A DNA stretch of 64,000 bases from Enterobacter phage vB_Ent31. Position 1 is the stretch's first letter; every line of letters starts with the position of its first letter. Of the stretch, positions 61,801 through 64,000 are shown in pieces. Made by a program: the position numbers and the translations under genes. Under the pieces are notes generated by a model. The model was not told where the DNA came from. It searched no databases and was given only the letters and a program-made list of their open reading frames with translations. The stretch lies in the sequence record OR567511.1. The stretch is one strand, 5' to 3'.

Positions 61801-62672
61801 TGGCGAATGGTTCAACTCTTGATTTTACTGCTACAGATAAAGTTCTGACGCTTAATCGTAATGGAAACGTAACGGTTGCTCAGACTCTGACAGCAATGAA
61901 CAAAGTTGACGCTAATAAGGGCTTTTCAGTTGAAGGTGGTACAATGGTTATCAATCCTTCCTCTACTGAAATTGTCATTGGTACTCAATCTAAGCAAGTA
62001 ACATTACAGAACAAAGATGCTAAGACATTCTCAGTTGTAGACCCTTCTGGCACTTACACCATTCTGAATACCAAGAATGCTTTTGAAATAACGGCTCAAG
62101 GGTTCGTTAAGAAAGCAGGTGATTCAATGACTGGGCCACTTCAAATTCAAGCTCCATTGACTGTTCAGATTCCTGAAGGACGAGTTGCTCCTGATGTTAA
62201 ACCATCAGATGATAACCCAGCTTCATGGTCTGCATCAATTACCTCAGCAGCAATTTACAATAAATTGCCTGGCTATGGTGTTCCAGTTATGGAAAAAGAT
62301 GCTGAAGGACAAGACACCGGTTTCGTAGACCATTACGAATATGTTAAAGGTCCTGGTGTATTAACTCAACATGGTATTGGTAAGACTGCGGTCTATCAAA
62401 TTTGGGCGCCTCGCCCAACTGCGCAAGAGTTAAACCACAATGCTCAGACTTTCTGGATTCGTAACTTCAACATCGTCACTGGCGAGTGGGACGAATTTGG
62501 TAAGATGTACACCTCAGTTCAGAGACCTACTGCAGGGGAAATTGGTGCTGTATCAACTTCTGGTTCAGCTTTCAATAACTTGACAATTCGCGATTGGTTA
62601 CAGATTAAGAACGTTCGTATTGTTCCTAATGAAACTACTCGCACTGTTGACTTCATATGGGTTGATGAATAA
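58878..62672 (+). CDS. 34: long tail fibre proximal subunit gp34
   Basis: 1264 aa. AGGAG RBS. Repeated ...ITP.TL...A/TP.KL... beta-fibre motifs. Synteny. Confidence 0.9.
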   Translation: MADSIKRKFRGADGFDAAGEKIVNVATADRTVLSDGVNVEFLIQENTLQQYDSTRGYTSGFAVIYDNRIWVSNRDIAKPAGNFNELYWTSVRTDAKWRVVSSGTTILKSGEFISVDTAKGNDMIFTLPNNPQDGDTIMLKDIGNKTGTVGVTINASIQDIVLRGPTNKVRSVKMTHPLSQYVFVFSNRLWNLYVSDYERVARIVTPSAVVQAQSNDFIVRRYTSPDPIRVTLPKHANTGDIINFTDLDGKNPQFHMIVSTFDDNTNIGTVGQKSIEVRTSGDGFIVYDESESIWRIWEGDLRPRMRVITDNVTLIPNEVVTVFGVNNSTQKTIDITLPTDIAIGDTVTIAMNYMRKGQKVNIRAATGDKIASSLQLLQFPKRSEYPPDTTWVMNDVLTFDGTTSYVPVLQLSYIEHAGSKYWIVADNDPTVERVDSKDNETRKRLGVIALASQDQANVDHENNPEKELAITPQTLANRVATKVRRGIARLVTLTEIQALTPGPHLDDVIVTPAMLNEKTATETRRGVAETATQAEANGSTDDERIITPKKLHNRIASEILTGILKLVRTTGTLAGIGRDTKGTNVYDYDNNIDAVTPKSLFQFKSTEQAQGGVYLATQNEVIAGGPAQPGFPVVVTPQTLHGKTSTDSRIGLIQIAKQAEVDTGTDYTKAVTPKTLNDRKAREDLSGIAEIATQVEFDTGTDDTRIVTPLKVKTRFNSTDRTSVVALSGLVEQGTLWDHYTLDIKEASETQRGTAALATQVQVDAGTDDKTIVTPKKLHAKKATETTEGIIQVANQAETVAGTIANKAVSPKNFKYVVQEEKTWESTIAQRGFVKLSEKALTFKGDTLNGSGRLLPGDLINEPALTDLPKEGYAVSPYEMNRALQYFLPAKAKAVDSDLLDGIDSTQFVRRDIDQVVNGKITFKKDVTLEAPLVSSSTAKFTTVNATISVDIGDTLGNSRINLNTLANGWNIETLANGSTLDFTATDKVLTLNRNGNVTVAQTLTAMNKVDANKGFSVEGGTMVINPSSTEIVIGTQSKQVTLQNKDAKTFSVVDPSGTYTILNTKNAFEITAQGFVKKAGDSMTGPLQIQAPLTVQIPEGRVAPDVKPSDDNPASWSASITSAAIYNKLPGYGVPVMEKDAEGQDTGFVDHYEYVKGPGVLTQHGIGKTAVYQIWAPRPTAQELNHNAQTFWIRNFNIVTGEWDEFGKMYTSVQRPTAGEIGAVSTSGSAFNNLTIRDWLQIKNVRIVPNETTRTVDFIWVDE

Positions 62673-63820
62673 TGGCTAAAATGATGGCGAGCTTTGGACA
62701 AGGATTTGTCCAAACTCAAGTTCTCTCTGAGAACAATTCCGTCAAGTATAAGCTAGCATTCGCTGCAGGGGTAGCTCAGTCTACCCCTTCTGAAGCTTAT
62801 TATACTTTCCAGGATGAACCTGCTGGTGTTCAATATGACGGTCCCGGCATAAATTTGAGAGAGTTTAATCCAACTAACAACCAAATGATTAACTTCAAGA
62901 CTTTTAATATAAAGCCTGAAGATACAAATGCTGGAACAAAAGCATTTGTCGATCATATGAAAACATTAGTATCTTCTGACAATTTGCTTATAATTACTTC
63001 ATATGATAGATTATATTCAAGCCCGTCTGTTGAAGCATTAATGAAATCAATTGGCTCAGTTTTATGGCCAAGCATATTCTTAACGACCAATTATAGTTGC
63101 AATTATTGCGCATTGTATTCTATAAATCGTAAAAAGATAATTGCTGAAAATGCTACTTACTCTGATTTCAAAAAAGAAGACAGAGACATTAGGCCAGCAC
63201 TTGAATTCATTTATGATAAACCTAGTGATATAGGAGCTACTGGATATTCTCAAAAAGCAATTGATGACCCTGAAACTTATATCATTAATAAAGATAATAC
63301 TAGTAAAAGATTTCCACAGCAATTTGAACAAATATCTCCAATAAGCGAGTATGGAATTTCTCCTGGAGATAAAATGCAATGGAACTTTGAAGTTAAAGGT
63401 GATGCTTCTTTAAATGCTCCTGGACAAAATATTAGAGTTAACTTAAGATGGTTTAAAGGAAGCTCTTATTTATCTGGAGCTGTAGTCGAAACAAATCCTT
63501 TAGATGCAGACAAATGGGCTTGGCATCAAAGATATGTCACTGTACCAGACACTGCTGATGGATTTACTATCATAGCTTCTCGTTATCCAGAAGTAGCTGG
63601 TTCTGAAGGAAGCGGAGCCATTAGAGAAATGATGCTTACTCAAGTGTCAAGATTGGTTGAACCTCTTATGGACCCAGCCGGATTCGGTGTCAATGGTATT
63701 CGTATGAATAATATGATTTCTGATGGAGTAAATGAAAATACTCTATTAGTCCTTCCTGATACTGAAGATGATAAGTCTGGTAATATCTACTCAGCTGACT
63801 TCAGAGAGTATAATGACTAA
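62672..63820 (+). CDS. 35: long tail fibre hinge protein gp35
   Basis: 382 aa. TAATG overlap with gene 34. Confidence 0.8.
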   Translation: MAKMMASFGQGFVQTQVLSENNSVKYKLAFAAGVAQSTPSEAYYTFQDEPAGVQYDGPGINLREFNPTNNQMINFKTFNIKPEDTNAGTKAFVDHMKTLVSSDNLLIITSYDRLYSSPSVEALMKSIGSVLWPSIFLTTNYSCNYCALYSINRKKIIAENATYSDFKKEDRDIRPALEFIYDKPSDIGATGYSQKAIDDPETYIINKDNTSKRFPQQFEQISPISEYGISPGDKMQWNFEVKGDASLNAPGQNIRVNLRWFKGSSYLSGAVVETNPLDADKWAWHQRYVTVPDTADGFTIIASRYPEVAGSEGSGAIREMMLTQVSRLVEPLMDPAGFGVNGIRMNNMISDGVNENTLLVLPDTEDDKSGNIYSADFREYND

Positions 63821-63840
63821 AGCCCTTCGGGGCTTTTGTT
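63819..63840 (+). terminator. AAGCCCTTCGGGGCTT hairpin after gene 35
   Basis: 6-bp stem with a TTCG loop, followed by a T-tract. Confidence 0.45.
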
Positions 63841-63879
63841 GTTTCTGAATAAATACAACAAACACATAAGGGGAAGGCC

Positions 63880-64000
63880 ATGGCTGATTTAAAAGCTAAC
63901 AGTACAATTGGCGGATTACCGATTTGGCACCAGGGGAATTTCCCTCTTTTTCCAATAAACGATACTCTGCTTTACAAGACTTATAAAGTCTATACCGAAT
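63880..64000 (+). CDS. 36: long tail fibre distal-proximal connector gp36, 3'-truncated by the window edge
   Basis: MADLKANSTIGGLPIWHQGNFPL matches the T4 gp36 N-terminus (from memory). GGGGAAGG RBS. Confidence 0.75.
   Translation, partial: MADLKANSTIGGLPIWHQGNFPLFPINDTLLYKTYKVYTE

Overview
This window is a T4-like (Tevenvirinae) myovirus genome segment. It runs collinear with the T4 map from the 3' end of wac (fibritin), through genes 13 to 24, the rnlB/hoc/uvsW/uvsY region, the baseplate hub genes, alt, gene 30 and the nucleotide-metabolism and replication genes down to rnh, and ends in tail fibre genes 34, 35 and the first codons of 36. All product calls come from reading the six-frame translations for motifs and from remembered similarity to T4 proteins; no database search was possible. 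Late structural genes are on the + strand, several with a TATAAATA late-promoter motif about 20 to 40 nt upstream. Early and middle genes are packed on the - strand with overlapping stop/start codons such as ATGA and TAATG. Many intergenic sites carry G+C-rich tetraloop hairpins of the GGCCCGAAGGCC/GGAGCCCGAAGGCTCC type, which look like rho-independent terminators. At least seven copies of a conserved cassette sit upstream of small early genes; each carries a GTTTAC -35 and a TGnTACTAT extended -10, sometimes preceded by a stem-loop (PeSL-like). Points that differ from canonical T4 include the following. There are three free-standing homing-endonuclease genes, one HNH between 18 and 19, and two GIY-YIG, one upstream of uvsY and one next to pseT. 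td and nrdB are contiguous and intron-less. A DprA/SLOG-like Rossmann protein is coupled to RNA ligase 2. A Hoc-like Ig protein has a neighbouring paralogue that shares its C-terminal module. Two islands of small unknown genes occur, one between rIII and gene 30 and one between frd and gene 32. A roughly 315-bp, GC-enriched, hairpin-dense, ORF-poor segment lies just downstream of the rIII-like gene and is proposed as a candidate structured non-coding RNA. A 23-nt direct repeat with a palindromic core lies just 3' of gene 32. No CRISPR array, tRNA or rRNA was recognised.
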